Assembly: GCA_963664485.1 (NCBI GenBank)
Contig: OY761459.1
Location: forward strand, 709,275 to 773,274
Source of the DNA: Syntrophales bacterium
Lineage (GTDB): Bacteria > Desulfobacterota > Syntrophia > Syntrophales > UBA2210
Length of the DNA stretch: 64,000 bases
Direction: 5' to 3'
The notes under the pieces are model-generated. The model had not been told where the DNA came from and did not search any database. It saw only the letters and a program-made list of their open reading frames with translations. The position numbers were made by a program, and so were the translations under genes. Below are positions 8,480 through 16,861 of the stretch, one piece after another (position 1 is the first letter of the stretch; every line of letters begins with the position of its first letter).

Positions 8480-8852
8480 AAATCGAATCTCTCGCGCAAA
8501 CTTCCTGGATACACCCGGAAACGCCTTTCTGAAAAAGCCTTCCGCATGTCTCAAACATGATATATTTTGTACTCAGAAGCGGTATCCCCAACTCATTGGC
8601 AATTTCGATGCTCTGATCCAGGGGCACCTTGCCGCGACAGAATATAATGGCCACAATATCGAGTGCATAGGCAGTACGCACGCATTGCGGAGTAACAAGA
8701 CCCGTTATAAGCAGACACCCGTGACGGGCAAATGCAAGAACATCACTCATGAGGTCTGCTCCGAAGGCTGTTTTTATATCGATTTGCAACTGATCGTCAG
8801 TCCCAACAATTACCCTAGCATCCAAAGTGTCGCATATTTCAGCCAGTTTCAC
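8463..8852 (-). CDS. DRTGG-domain protein (second paralogue)
   Basis: 129 aa. ..AFGADLMSDVLAFARHGCLLITGLVTPQCVRTA..DIVAIIFCRG fits the DRTGG-like pattern. GTG start preceded by GGGGG. Confidence 0.6.
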   Translation of the reverse strand: MKLAEICDTLDARVIVGTDDQLQIDIKTAFGADLMSDVLAFARHGCLLITGLVTPQCVRTAYALDIVAIIFCRGKVPLDQSIEIANELGIPLLSTKYIMFETCGRLFQKGVSGCIQEVCARDSICENSE

Positions 8853-8881
8853 GAGAACCCCCTCTTATGTCTAATTCGCTG

Positions 8882-8910
8882 TGACTAGCATATGCTATCG
8901 TGCATGTCAA
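8882..8910 (-). promoter_or_regulatory. Candidate sigma70 promoter for the DRTGG/GHKL/PHP gene set
   Basis: On the minus strand: TTGACA (8910-8905), a 17-nt spacer, then TAGTCA (8887-8882). It sits about 30 nt upstream of the GTG at 8852. The -10 element is weak. Confidence 0.3.
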
Positions 8911-9191
8911 CATAATCTGCAGATCGGAATCAAGGTTGGTAGCCTTACCATCTTGTTTTCACTAATCAATTCCTGTCTATGAAAATTTTAAACAAATCAT
9001 AAACCGGCTCGAGAGGGACAGCAATCGCGTGTCATGATACTACCGGGAGAAATATCATCTTTTATCAAGAATCAGTCTGCAAGAGTAATTATTGTTGAGA
9101 CAACGAGTGAGGCTATAATCAAAGGTTTGTCATATATCAGCCCTGCCGGCACCGTTGATAAGCGCCGCGATGCGCACGAACTTTAGAAAAA

Positions 9192-9310
9192 ATTGAATCT
9201 CCCCGCAACAAGTTGCGGGGAATCTCCGACTGTTAAGGAATTTTTCATTTTTTATTCGCTCGCTAACCCCGCCGCAAGCAGCGGGGAATGCGCTCGCTGT
9301 TCAGTTCAGG
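9192..9310. repeat. Intergenic hairpin-bearing repeat, copy A (composite, with an extra 34-nt module)
   Basis: 9192-9264 matches 26371-26443 at 72 of 73 positions. It contains the hairpin CCCCGCAAC-aa-GTTGCGGGG. 9265-9298 is an insertion carrying a second hairpin (CCCCGCCGC-aa-GCAGCGGGG) + GAAT and ending in a duplicated CGCTCGCT. Homology to copy B resumes at GTTCA. Confidence 0.9.
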
Positions 9311-9542
9311 ATTAACCTGTTTTCCCGATAAGTTATTTGTCGATACAACCGTCTTGCGTTACAGATTTCATCTTCTTTGTACTGCCAGACATAAAGAATC
9401 CAGGCTCAAAACAAGAGCCTGGATTCCGATACATACTCTATTCTGTTCTTATACGCTGATCTAGGGAGCCGGGCTTGCTATAATCCATACCACGGTGTCC
9501 CGAAGTGTTATATTCTTTATTTTTCTATCTGCAAACCATTCC

Positions 9543-12230
9543 TTAAGCTACTTTTTTTATTTTTACCGCACTTATTTTGTATTCAGGAATGTTGGCAACA
9601 GGATCAAACGCCGGGTTTGTAAGGCGGTTAACTGCGGCCTCACTATAATGGAACGGGATGAAGACAATTCCCTCTCCACATCGGTCATTTACCTCAGCAA
9701 AAACTTCGATGGTACCCCTGCGGGAAGTAATCGCAAGTTTATCACCCTGATTGACACCGAGTTTCACAGCATCGCCCGGATTAATTTCCACAAACACCTC
9801 CGGGGTTCTGGAAACGAGACCTCGGGACCTTCTACTCATAGTGGCGGTATGGAACTGATACAGGATTCTGCCTGTAGAGAGTATATATGGATACTCATCA
9901 TCAGGCATCTCGGCGGGTGGCTTATGTTCACAAACACTGAAAAGACCCTTGCCACGAGTAAATGCTGTTGAATGCAGAATCGGTGTCCCGGGATGCTCTA
10001 TATTGGGGCAAGGCCACGGTATACCAACATCTTGAATACGTTCATATGTGATACCCGCATAAGACACCGTTAATTTGTTTATCTCGTCCATGATCTCTCG
10101 TGCATTTGCGTACTTCCAGTCCGCACCTAGCTTGTTGGCTAGCATACTGATCACTTTCCAGTCAGGTTTTGCCTCCCCCGGTGCATCAACAGCCTTCCTG
10201 ATTAGCTGCACCCTTCTTTCCGTATTAGTAAACGTTCCGTCCTTTTCTACCCAGCATGCAGTGGGTAATACCACGTCAGCCAGTTCTCCTGTCTCATTCA
10301 GGAAGATGTCCTGAACAATCAGGAGATCAAGATTCTCGAAGGCCTTTTTCACATGATTTATATCAGGATCAGACATCATAGGGTTCTCACCCATGACATA
10401 CAGAGCTTTCAATGACCTATCGGCAGCAGCGTCGATTATCGCGGGTATTGTAAGACCCGGCTTTTCCGGAAGCGTTACGCCCCACGCATCTTCAAAAGGT
10501 TTCCTGTCAGCTGCCTCGGTTACCTTCTTATATGCAGGCAGATTCCCCGGAAGACATGCCATGTCGCAAGCACCCTGAACATTATTCTGCCCACGCAGAG
10601 GATTCACCCCTGTACCCGGCCGTCCGATATTACCGGTGAGCATAGCCAAGTTTGCACAGGATTTCACATTATCCGTTCCAACAGTGTGCTGCGTGATACC
10701 CATTGCATAAACAATGGCCGCCGCATCAGCTCCCGCGTACATCCGAGCTGCCGCCTTCAAATCTTCGGCAGAAACTCCGGTTATTTCTTCGACATACTCC
10801 GGCGTATATTTACCCACAGTCTCTTTTAAGGCATCAAAATTTTCCGTTCTTTCAGAGATAAAGTCGTTGTCTGCAAGACCTTCTTGAATTATGACATTCA
10901 TCAACCCGTTCAACAAAGCAATATCTGTTCCCGGAGTATGCCTTAGCTGTATTGTTGCAAACTTTGCAATTTCTATATTTCTGGGGTCGGCAAGAACAAG
11001 CTTGGCTCCTTTTTGTGTTACAGCTCTCTTGATAAAGGTGGAAATGACCGGATGATTCTCTGTAGTATTCGTCCCTATAATCAAGAAACAACGAGCCTCC
11101 TCTAAATCTGCGATAGAGTTCGTCATTGCTCCTGAACCGAACGCAGCGGCCAGACCGGCCACTGTTGAGCTATGTCAGAGCCGGGCACAGTGATCGACAT
11201 TGTTTGTTCCGATAACCGCCCGCATAAATTTCTGGAACAGGTAATTTTCCTCATTGGTACATCTTGCTGAGGAGAGGCCCGCAATCGCGTCCGGACCATT
11301 TTCCTGTTTGATCTTATTGAGTTTTTCCGCAACATATCCTATTGCCTCATCCCAACCGACTTCCTTCAGTTCTCCATCAACTCTGATCATCGGCGTTGTA
11401 AGCCTGTCTGGATGATCCACAAAATCGTATCCGAATCGTCCCTTTATACAAAGACTACCGTTATTTGGTGGCGGGGCACCTTCCCTTGGGGTTGTTACCT
11501 TTACTATCTTCCCTTCTTTCACATTCAGATCCATCTGACAGCCGACGCCACAGTATCCACAGGTAGTGCGAACTTTATCAAGATCGTTACCCCTGCCCTT
11601 AAAACGCCCCTGTTTTTCAAAGAGCGCTCCAACCGGACATATACGAACACACTCTCCACAAAAGACACAATCAGAATCTTCATATCGCAACCCAAACGCC
11701 GGGCCGACCGCAGCAGTCGGTCCTCTTCCGGTATAATCGAGCACCTGATTGACCTGTATTTCGTTACAGGCCCTCACACACAGGCCGCATAATACGCACT
11801 TGTTCATATCCCGAACGATCATCTCGTTGGCCTGTTCGTATTCCTTAACAGTCTCAGGCATACCAAAACGGGGAATATCGATGCCGAGTGCATAGACAAG
11901 ATCCTGCAGCACGCACTGTCCGCTGCTTTCGCAGGTAATACAATTATGGTGTCCCTGGGTCAGAAGCAACTCGACAGCCAGTTTACGCGCCTGTAAGACA
12001 CGCTTCGTGTTAGTATGAACGATCATGCCGTTTTCCGCAGGCATCGCACAGGAAGCAACGAGAGCCCTTGTCTTTTCCACTTCAACAACACATACCCTGC
12101 AGGCCCCAACGGGCTTTAATTGCTCATGGTGACACAGAACCGGTATATAAATGCCGTTATCCTTAGCTACTTCATATACGGTCTGCCCAGGTGTAAATTC
12201 AAATTCCCTATCATCTATGATTATACCCAT
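9543..12230 (-). CDS. fdhA: Formate dehydrogenase catalytic subunit, selenocysteine-containing (895 aa; TGA at 11175-11177 read as Sec), with NuoG/HydA-like N-terminal Fe-S domains
   Basis: ORFs 11175..12230 and 9543..11162 share one frame and are separated only by a TGA: ..[30 protein letters not shown]. N-terminus: a 2Fe-2S domain (CHHEQLKPVGACRVCVVEV), an HxxxC..C cluster and two CxxCxxCxxxCP ferredoxin motifs. This is followed by the molybdopterin 4Fe-4S motif (CGYCGVGC) and bis-MGD domains. Confidence 0.9.
11144..11164 (-). other. SECIS-like hairpin downstream of the fdhA UGA
   Basis: The mRNA reads UGA-CAUAGCUCAA-CAGUGGCC-GGUCU-GGCCGCUG. This gives an 8-bp stem (one G-U pair) and a 5-nt loop containing GGUC, starting 10 nt after the UGA. 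Confidence 0.6.
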
Positions 12231-12251
12231 GGGATTAATTCCTCCTTGTCT

Positions 12252-15200
12252 CTATTCTATCTCCGCGTCGCAACGCAAGCATCGGCAAGCTTCTTTGTAA
12301 GCAACTTCCTTCGAGTAACCCAGTTCTACTTCCTTGAAATTCGATGTTCTCTCAACAGTTTTCAATTCCGGCATTTCGGCTCTGGGTGTTTCTATCGTGT
12401 CTTCATCAACTTCAAACGGAATATCAATCTTTTCCTCGGGAGGCTCTTGATAGGCCGGTCCCCCGCTCTTTGCACGGAGATAACTGTCAATATCGATTGC
12501 AGCCTGATGCCCCATGGCAATAGCCTCAACCACCGTGGCTGGTCCGCTGGCTGCATCACCAGCAATAAAAACTCCTTCTGCGGTAGTTGCCGTTTTAGAC
12601 CCCTCGGCGATCTTGATACCGCCCCACTTGTTGCAACCGATTCCGGAATCCTCCGGGATAAAGGAGGTATCCGAATTCTGGGAAATCGCCGGCACTATCG
12701 TGTCTATGCTCAGCACAAATTCACTTCCTTCGATCGGTTTCGGACGGCGTCTGCCTGAACGATCAAATTCGGCCAGTCGCATCCTCTGACACTCGACACC
12801 GGTGACCTTTCCGGTTTCCCCGATAATTCTGACAGGGGCAACCAGATATTCAATCTTGACTCCCTCATGCTCGGCGGCCACTATTTCGTTTTCCCAGGCA
12901 GGCATGTCCTTGCGTTCGCGACGATAAAGTATCGTTACATTATTGGCACCAAGCCGTATCGATGTCCTGGCAGCATCGATTGCGGAATTACCACCACCGA
13001 CAATTGCCACATTGCTGCCGACCTTTACCTTATTGCCCAGGTTGACCTCACGCAGGAATTCGGTAGCCCCCCAGACTCCTTCAAGATTCTCACCTTCAAC
13101 GTCCAGGGCCCAGCTTTTGTGAGCACCGATCGCCAACATTACGATATCGAAATCCTTGCGAAGTTCGCCATAGGTAATTTCCCGTCCAATCCTGATGTTG
13201 GTCTTGATCTCCACCCCCAGGGCTTTAATATCCGCAACCTCACTATCGACGATATCCCGCGGCATACGATATTCGGGGATTGCATAACGCATCATTCCAC
13301 CGGCATACGGTAATTCTTCAAATACCGTAACTTTGTAACCGCGTTTTGCCAGATCCTGAGCGGCTGTCAATCCGGCCGGACCGGCCCCGACAATGGCTAT
13401 TGTCTCATTACGAGTAACCGGGACCCTTTCCACCTTCGGATGATTGCTGTTATCTGCGATAAAACGCTTGATCCAGGCAATCGCCATCGGCTCATCCAGT
13501 TGTCCGCGACGGCATTTGGAGGCACAGAACTGCGGGCATACCCGGCCGCATACACCGGGGAAAGGATTGGTACGTTTCATGACTTTGTAGGCATCGTCCA
13601 GTCTGTCGGCTCTCACGAGCGCGATGTAAGCCGGAACATCCATCTCTATCGGGCAGGCATGCTGACAGGGAGACTTGAACATATCAGAACATACACACGC
13701 CGGACATTTCTTGTCATAGATGTGGGCCTCGTATTCATCCCTGAAATACCGGATAGTCGACAGTATCGGATTCGGCGCCGTCTGACCCAACCCGCACAGG
13801 GCCGAGTCCTTGATCGTTACCGCCAGGTCTTCCAGCATCTCGATATCACCGTGTTTTCCTTCACCCCTGCAGATCCTTTCAAGAATCTCGAGCATCCTTT
13901 TGGTACCTTCACGGCAGGGAGTACATTTACCGCAGGATTCCTCCTGGCAGAACTCCATGAAAAACCGTGCCGTATCAACCATACAGGTGTCTTCATCCAT
14001 AACGATGAGGCCACCGGAACCCATGATAGCACCCATCTTGATAATATCTTCATAATCGGTGAGCGTGTTAAGCCCCTCGGCCGGGATACATCCGCCGGAC
14101 GGACCGCCAAGCTGTGCGGCCTTGAACTGCTTTCCTCCCGGAATACCTCCGCCGATATCGAAAATGATGTCCCCCATAGGCGTTCCCATGGGAACTTCGA
14201 CCAACCCTACATTATTTACCGCACCGGTAAGGGCGAACACCTTAGTTCCCTTGGATCTTTCGGTTCCGATCGAAGAATACCAGTCGCCGCCTTTAAGGAT
14301 TATCTGTGCCACGTTGGCATAAGTTTCAACATTGTTCAGGACAGACGGTTTTCCCCAGAGACCCTTGTTAGCGGGAAATGGCGGACGCGGACGCGGCATC
14401 CCGCGTTTTCCTTCGATGGAATTCATCAAGGCTGTCTCCTCACCACATACAAATGCGCCGGCGCCCTGATAGATCTCTATATCGAGACTGTACCCGGTAC
14501 CGAGAATATCATCGCCCAGTAAACCGTATTCCTTAGCCTGCTTGATCGCAAGTGTAAGCCGCTTAATTGCCAGCGGGTACTCGGCACGGCAATAGATATA
14601 CCCCTTGTGCGCGCCGATGGTATATCCTCCGATGATCATACCTTCCAGTACCGCATGAGGGTCGGCTTCCAGGATGGACCTGTCCATGAACGCTCCAGGG
14701 TCACCTTCGTCGGCATTACAGAGGATGTATTTGACATCACCCTGGGCTTTCTGAGCGAACGACCATTTTAACCCGGTCGGGAATCCTCCGCCACCACGGC
14801 CGCGCAGCCCCGATTTTTTCATCTCTTCGACAACTTCTTCGGGCGTCATCTGAGTCAATACCTTAGCCACTGCCATATAGCCGTCACGTGCGATATATTC
14901 GTCAATCTTCTCCGCGTCGATCAAGCCTCTGTTTTTCAGGGCAATGAGCTTCTGCTTTCCGAAGAATGGGATATCCAGCATATGAGGAATGGCCTCTTCG
15001 GTAATCGGTTCTTTAAACATCAACCGCTCGACCGGACGACCTTTAACGATATGTTCTTCGATAATCTCAGGCACATCTTCCTTTGTTACGTACTGGTAGA
15101 ATGTCCCTTCCGGATATATCACCATTATCGGGCCGGCAGCACAAAAGCCGTTACATCCCGTTTCAACAACCACGACCTCTTCGGTGAGCCCTCTGGTCGC

Positions 15201-15296
15201 AAGTTCTTGCACAAGTGCTGCGTGGATTCCTTCGCTGCCGGTCGCACGGCAACCGGTTCCACCACAGATTAGTATGTGTGCTCGAAAAACCTTCAT
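12252..15296 (-). CDS. NuoF-like (FMN/NADH, 4Fe-4S) subunit fused to a GltD/NfnB-like FAD/NAD(P)H oxidoreductase module (1014 aa)
   Basis: N-terminal thioredoxin-like 2Fe-2S module (ILICGGTGC..GCNGFCAAGP). NuoF motifs GRGGGGFPTGLKW, NADEGDPGAFMDR and ESCGKCTPCREG. Then NPFPGVCGRVCPQFCASKC, IAIVGAGPAGLTAAQDL and VAIVGGGNSAIDAART, which are the GltD-type Fe-S motif plus two Rossmann dinucleotide folds. Confidence 0.88.
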   Translation of the reverse strand: MKVFRAHILICGGTGCRATGSEGIHAALVQELATRGLTEEVVVVETGCNGFCAAGPIMVIYPEGTFYQYVTKEDVPEIIEEHIVKGRPVERLMFKEPITEEAIPHMLDIPFFGKQKLIALKNRGLIDAEKIDEYIARDGYMAVAKVLTQMTPEEVVEEMKKSGLRGRGGGGFPTGLKWSFAQKAQGDVKYILCNADEGDPGAFMDRSILEADPHAVLEGMIIGGYTIGAHKGYIYCRAEYPLAIKRLTLAIKQAKEYGLLGDDILGTGYSLDIEIYQGAGAFVCGEETALMNSIEGKRGMPRPRPPFPANKGLWGKPSVLNNVETYANVAQIILKGGDWYSSIGTERSKGTKVFALTGAVNNVGLVEVPMGTPMGDIIFDIGGGIPGGKQFKAAQLGGPSGGCIPAEGLNTLTDYEDIIKMGAIMGSGGLIVMDEDTCMVDTARFFMEFCQEESCGKCTPCREGTKRMLEILERICRGEGKHGDIEMLEDLAVTIKDSALCGLGQTAPNPILSTIRYFRDEYEAHIYDKKCPACVCSDMFKSPCQHACPIEMDVPAYIALVRADRLDDAYKVMKRTNPFPGVCGRVCPQFCASKCRRGQLDEPMAIAWIKRFIADNSNHPKVERVPVTRNETIAIVGAGPAGLTAAQDLAKRGYKVTVFEELPYAGGMMRYAIPEYRMPRDIVDSEVADIKALGVEIKTNIRIGREITYGELRKDFDIVMLAIGAHKSWALDVEGENLEGVWGATEFLREVNLGNKVKVGSNVAIVGGGNSAIDAARTSIRLGANNVTILYRRERKDMPAWENEIVAAEHEGVKIEYLVAPVRIIGETGKVTGVECQRMRLAEFDRSGRRRPKPIEGSEFVLSIDTIVPAISQNSDTSFIPEDSGIGCNKWGGIKIAEGSKTATTAEGVFIAGDAASGPATVVEAIAMGHQAAIDIDSYLRAKSGGPAYQEPPEEKIDIPFEVDEDTIETPRAEMPELKTVERTSNFKEVELGYSKEVAYKEACRCLRCDAEIE

Positions 15297-15307
15297 CTGA
15301 TCCCCCT

Positions 15308-15688
15308 CTAATCCTGTTCCCTGCCCCGGGCCATTACAAAATCCGACTGGATTTCGTCATTCATAATATGTCTTTTGAAAATCTGCCGCGCCTTGTTAGA
15401 CGTCAGATATTCATAAACAATAGGATCCTTGCCCTGTTCCTCTACTGTCGCAAGCGGCTCCTTGCTACAGATACCGATACATCCAGAGGTGGTAACGATA
15501 ACATCTTCTGAATTACTCTCACCAACCTCTTTTATAAAAGTGTCAAGAATCTCTTTGGCTCCGGAGGCAATCCCGCAGGTTCCCATATGAACGGTAATCT
15601 TGAAGCGTTTATTACCGATCCTGAATTGATCTTCTTTTTCAACCCGTTCTTTTATCTTTTTTAAATCATCAATGGTAAGTTTAGCCAT
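15308..15688 (-). CDS. Thioredoxin-like [2Fe-2S] ferredoxin-domain subunit
   Basis: ITVHMGTCGIASGA...TTSGCIGICSKEP shows the Cys pattern of the NuoE/HydC-type 2Fe-2S fold. I prefer the start at ATG 15688 (MAKLTIDD) because AGGAGG lies 6 nt upstream. The tracked start at 15715 would overlap the upstream gene. Confidence 0.75.
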   Translation of the reverse strand: MAKLTIDDLKKIKERVEKEDQFRIGNKRFKITVHMGTCGIASGAKEILDTFIKEVGESNSEDVIVTTSGCIGICSKEPLATVEEQGKDPIVYEYLTSNKARQIFKRHIMNDEIQSDFVMARGREQD

Positions 15689-15698
15689 TTCATTCCTC

Positions 15699-16205
15699 CT
15701 AGCTGTACTGGGCAAGCAGTTGCTCCAGTTTTGCCGGTTTCACCCTTCCATGAGTATCGTCGTCGACTACCACCACAGGTGCCAGCCCACAGGCTCCCAG
15801 GCACCGCACGGTTTCCAGAGAAAACATCCTGTCCTGTGTACAATGCCCGCTCTCGATGCCGAGAATCCCACTGCACCGTTCCAGACTCCTCTTCCCGCCC
15901 CTGACATAACAGGCGGTTCCGAGACAGACCCTGATAACGTGTTTTCCTCGGGGAACCATCGTGAAAAATGAATAGAAGGTGACAACTCCGTAAACGTTTG
16001 CCACCGGCAGGTTCAAACCTTTCGCGACCCGCGTTTGAATCGCCATGGGAAGATATCCGCATACATCTTGAACCCGCTCCAATACCGGGATTAAAGCGCC
16101 GGGCTTACCTGCGTATTTCTCGATAATTTCATCAACTCGAGCCAATTGCTCCGCAGTAAAATCCGACAGTTCCGCATTTACTTGAGATGCATTTTTATCT
16201 GTCAC
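15699..16205 (-). CDS. NuoE-like (24-kDa type) [2Fe-2S] subunit
   Basis: ..VIRVCLGTACYVRGG...ETVRCLGACGLAPVVVVDD.. matches the NuoE/HydC cluster motif. GTG start preceded by GGGGG. Confidence 0.88.
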   Translation of the reverse strand: MTDKNASQVNAELSDFTAEQLARVDEIIEKYAGKPGALIPVLERVQDVCGYLPMAIQTRVAKGLNLPVANVYGVVTFYSFFTMVPRGKHVIRVCLGTACYVRGGKRSLERCSGILGIESGHCTQDRMFSLETVRCLGACGLAPVVVVDDDTHGRVKPAKLEQLLAQYS

Positions 16206-16252
16206 TTTATCCCCCTTATCTGATAGCTGTTAAGCTGTTATTTTTCAACGGC

Positions 16253-16296
16253 CCTATAACACGCATCGCTGATCCTGGCAAGCATAATTTAAGCCC
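16253..16296 (-). promoter_or_regulatory. Promoter region of the FDH operon, with overlapping sigma70-like and weak sigma54-like candidates
   Basis: Minus strand, sigma70-like: TTGCCA (16281-16276), 17-nt spacer, TATAGG (16258-16253). Minus strand, sigma54-like: GGGCTTAAATTATGCT (16296-16281) has GG-N10-GC spacing but a poor match outside GGC/TGCT. Confidence 0.3.
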
Positions 16297-16459
16297 GTTT
16301 ATAATTGTAATGTGTCTAAATATAATCAGTTACAAAAGCATAAAAGTAAAGTCCGCTCCGTACATCGACACAAGAACACAGCACACCCTTTAACGCGGAC
16401 GGCTATGGAGTACAACAAACCGGAAAAGATCTGAGATTTTATTCTGTTAATGTTAATTG

Positions 16460-16861
16460 CTACTTGCGTTTTCCTCTGAAGGGGGCAATCTCTCCGATAA
16501 AAATACCCACCTGGATTCCCACACATCCGAGAAACAAACCGATTATTGTAGAAACAGCATAGAACGTATCTACCGCAACGGAAGGCACGACGGTAACACC
16601 GGCAAATATGAGCAGAAAAACAAAGATACCGGCCGCCACATAGCTGGGACGTGAAGGTGCAATCTTTACGGCGACAAAGGTGGTTACCGCACCCAGGTAC
16701 AGGTACGCCGCAGCATCCATGATTATCTTCATTAAACCTTCGGGTGGATGGCCCGTGAGCAGATCAACCGAAAAGTTATTAACAGCGCCACCGATGGCAT
16801 ATGCGACATATCCGCAAATAACGGATACCGGAAAAAATAAGATCCAACGAACGATTTGCAT
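16460..16861 (-). CDS. Small integral membrane protein, four predicted TM helices, unknown function
   Basis: 133 aa with four hydrophobic stretches (ILFFPVSVICGYVAYAIGG; AAAYLYLGAVTTFVAV; VAAGIFVFLLIFAGVTVV; IIGLFLGCVGIQVGIFIG). I recognise no family motif. Confidence 0.5.
   Translation of the reverse strand: MQIVRWILFFPVSVICGYVAYAIGGAVNNFSVDLLTGHPPEGLMKIIMDAAAYLYLGAVTTFVAVKIAPSRPSYVAAGIFVFLLIFAGVTVVPSVAVDTFYAVSTIIGLFLGCVGIQVGIFIGEIAPFRGKRK

Noticed and set aside
8480-8554. The 25-codon N-terminal extension of the RsbW-like kinase ORF.
   Set aside because: It would overlap the upstream DRTGG gene by 92 nt. Family-typical sequence begins near the GTG at 8479. The exact start remains uncertain.
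9192-9310. The repeat read on the minus strand (GTCGGAGATT-CCCCGCAACTTGTTGCGGGG-AGATTCAAT) superficially resembles a CRISPR repeat, with a GTCG start, a central hairpin and an ATTCAAT end. Two hairpins about 65 nt apart looked like a mini-array.
   Set aside because: There are only two units. Their stems differ. The sequence between them is itself conserved at the second locus (26371-26443), so it is not a spacer. No cas genes or leader are present in the window.
13440-14522. A 360-aa plus-strand ORF and many other long ORFs lie antisense to large genes. Examples are 21398..22051, 38038..38835, 41148..41807, 53110..53865 and 61680..62243.
   Set aside because: They lie entirely inside well-supported genes on the opposite strand or in another frame. 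Their composition is low-complexity and rich in Arg, Ser and Pro, and they carry no recognisable motifs. They are typical shadow ORFs.
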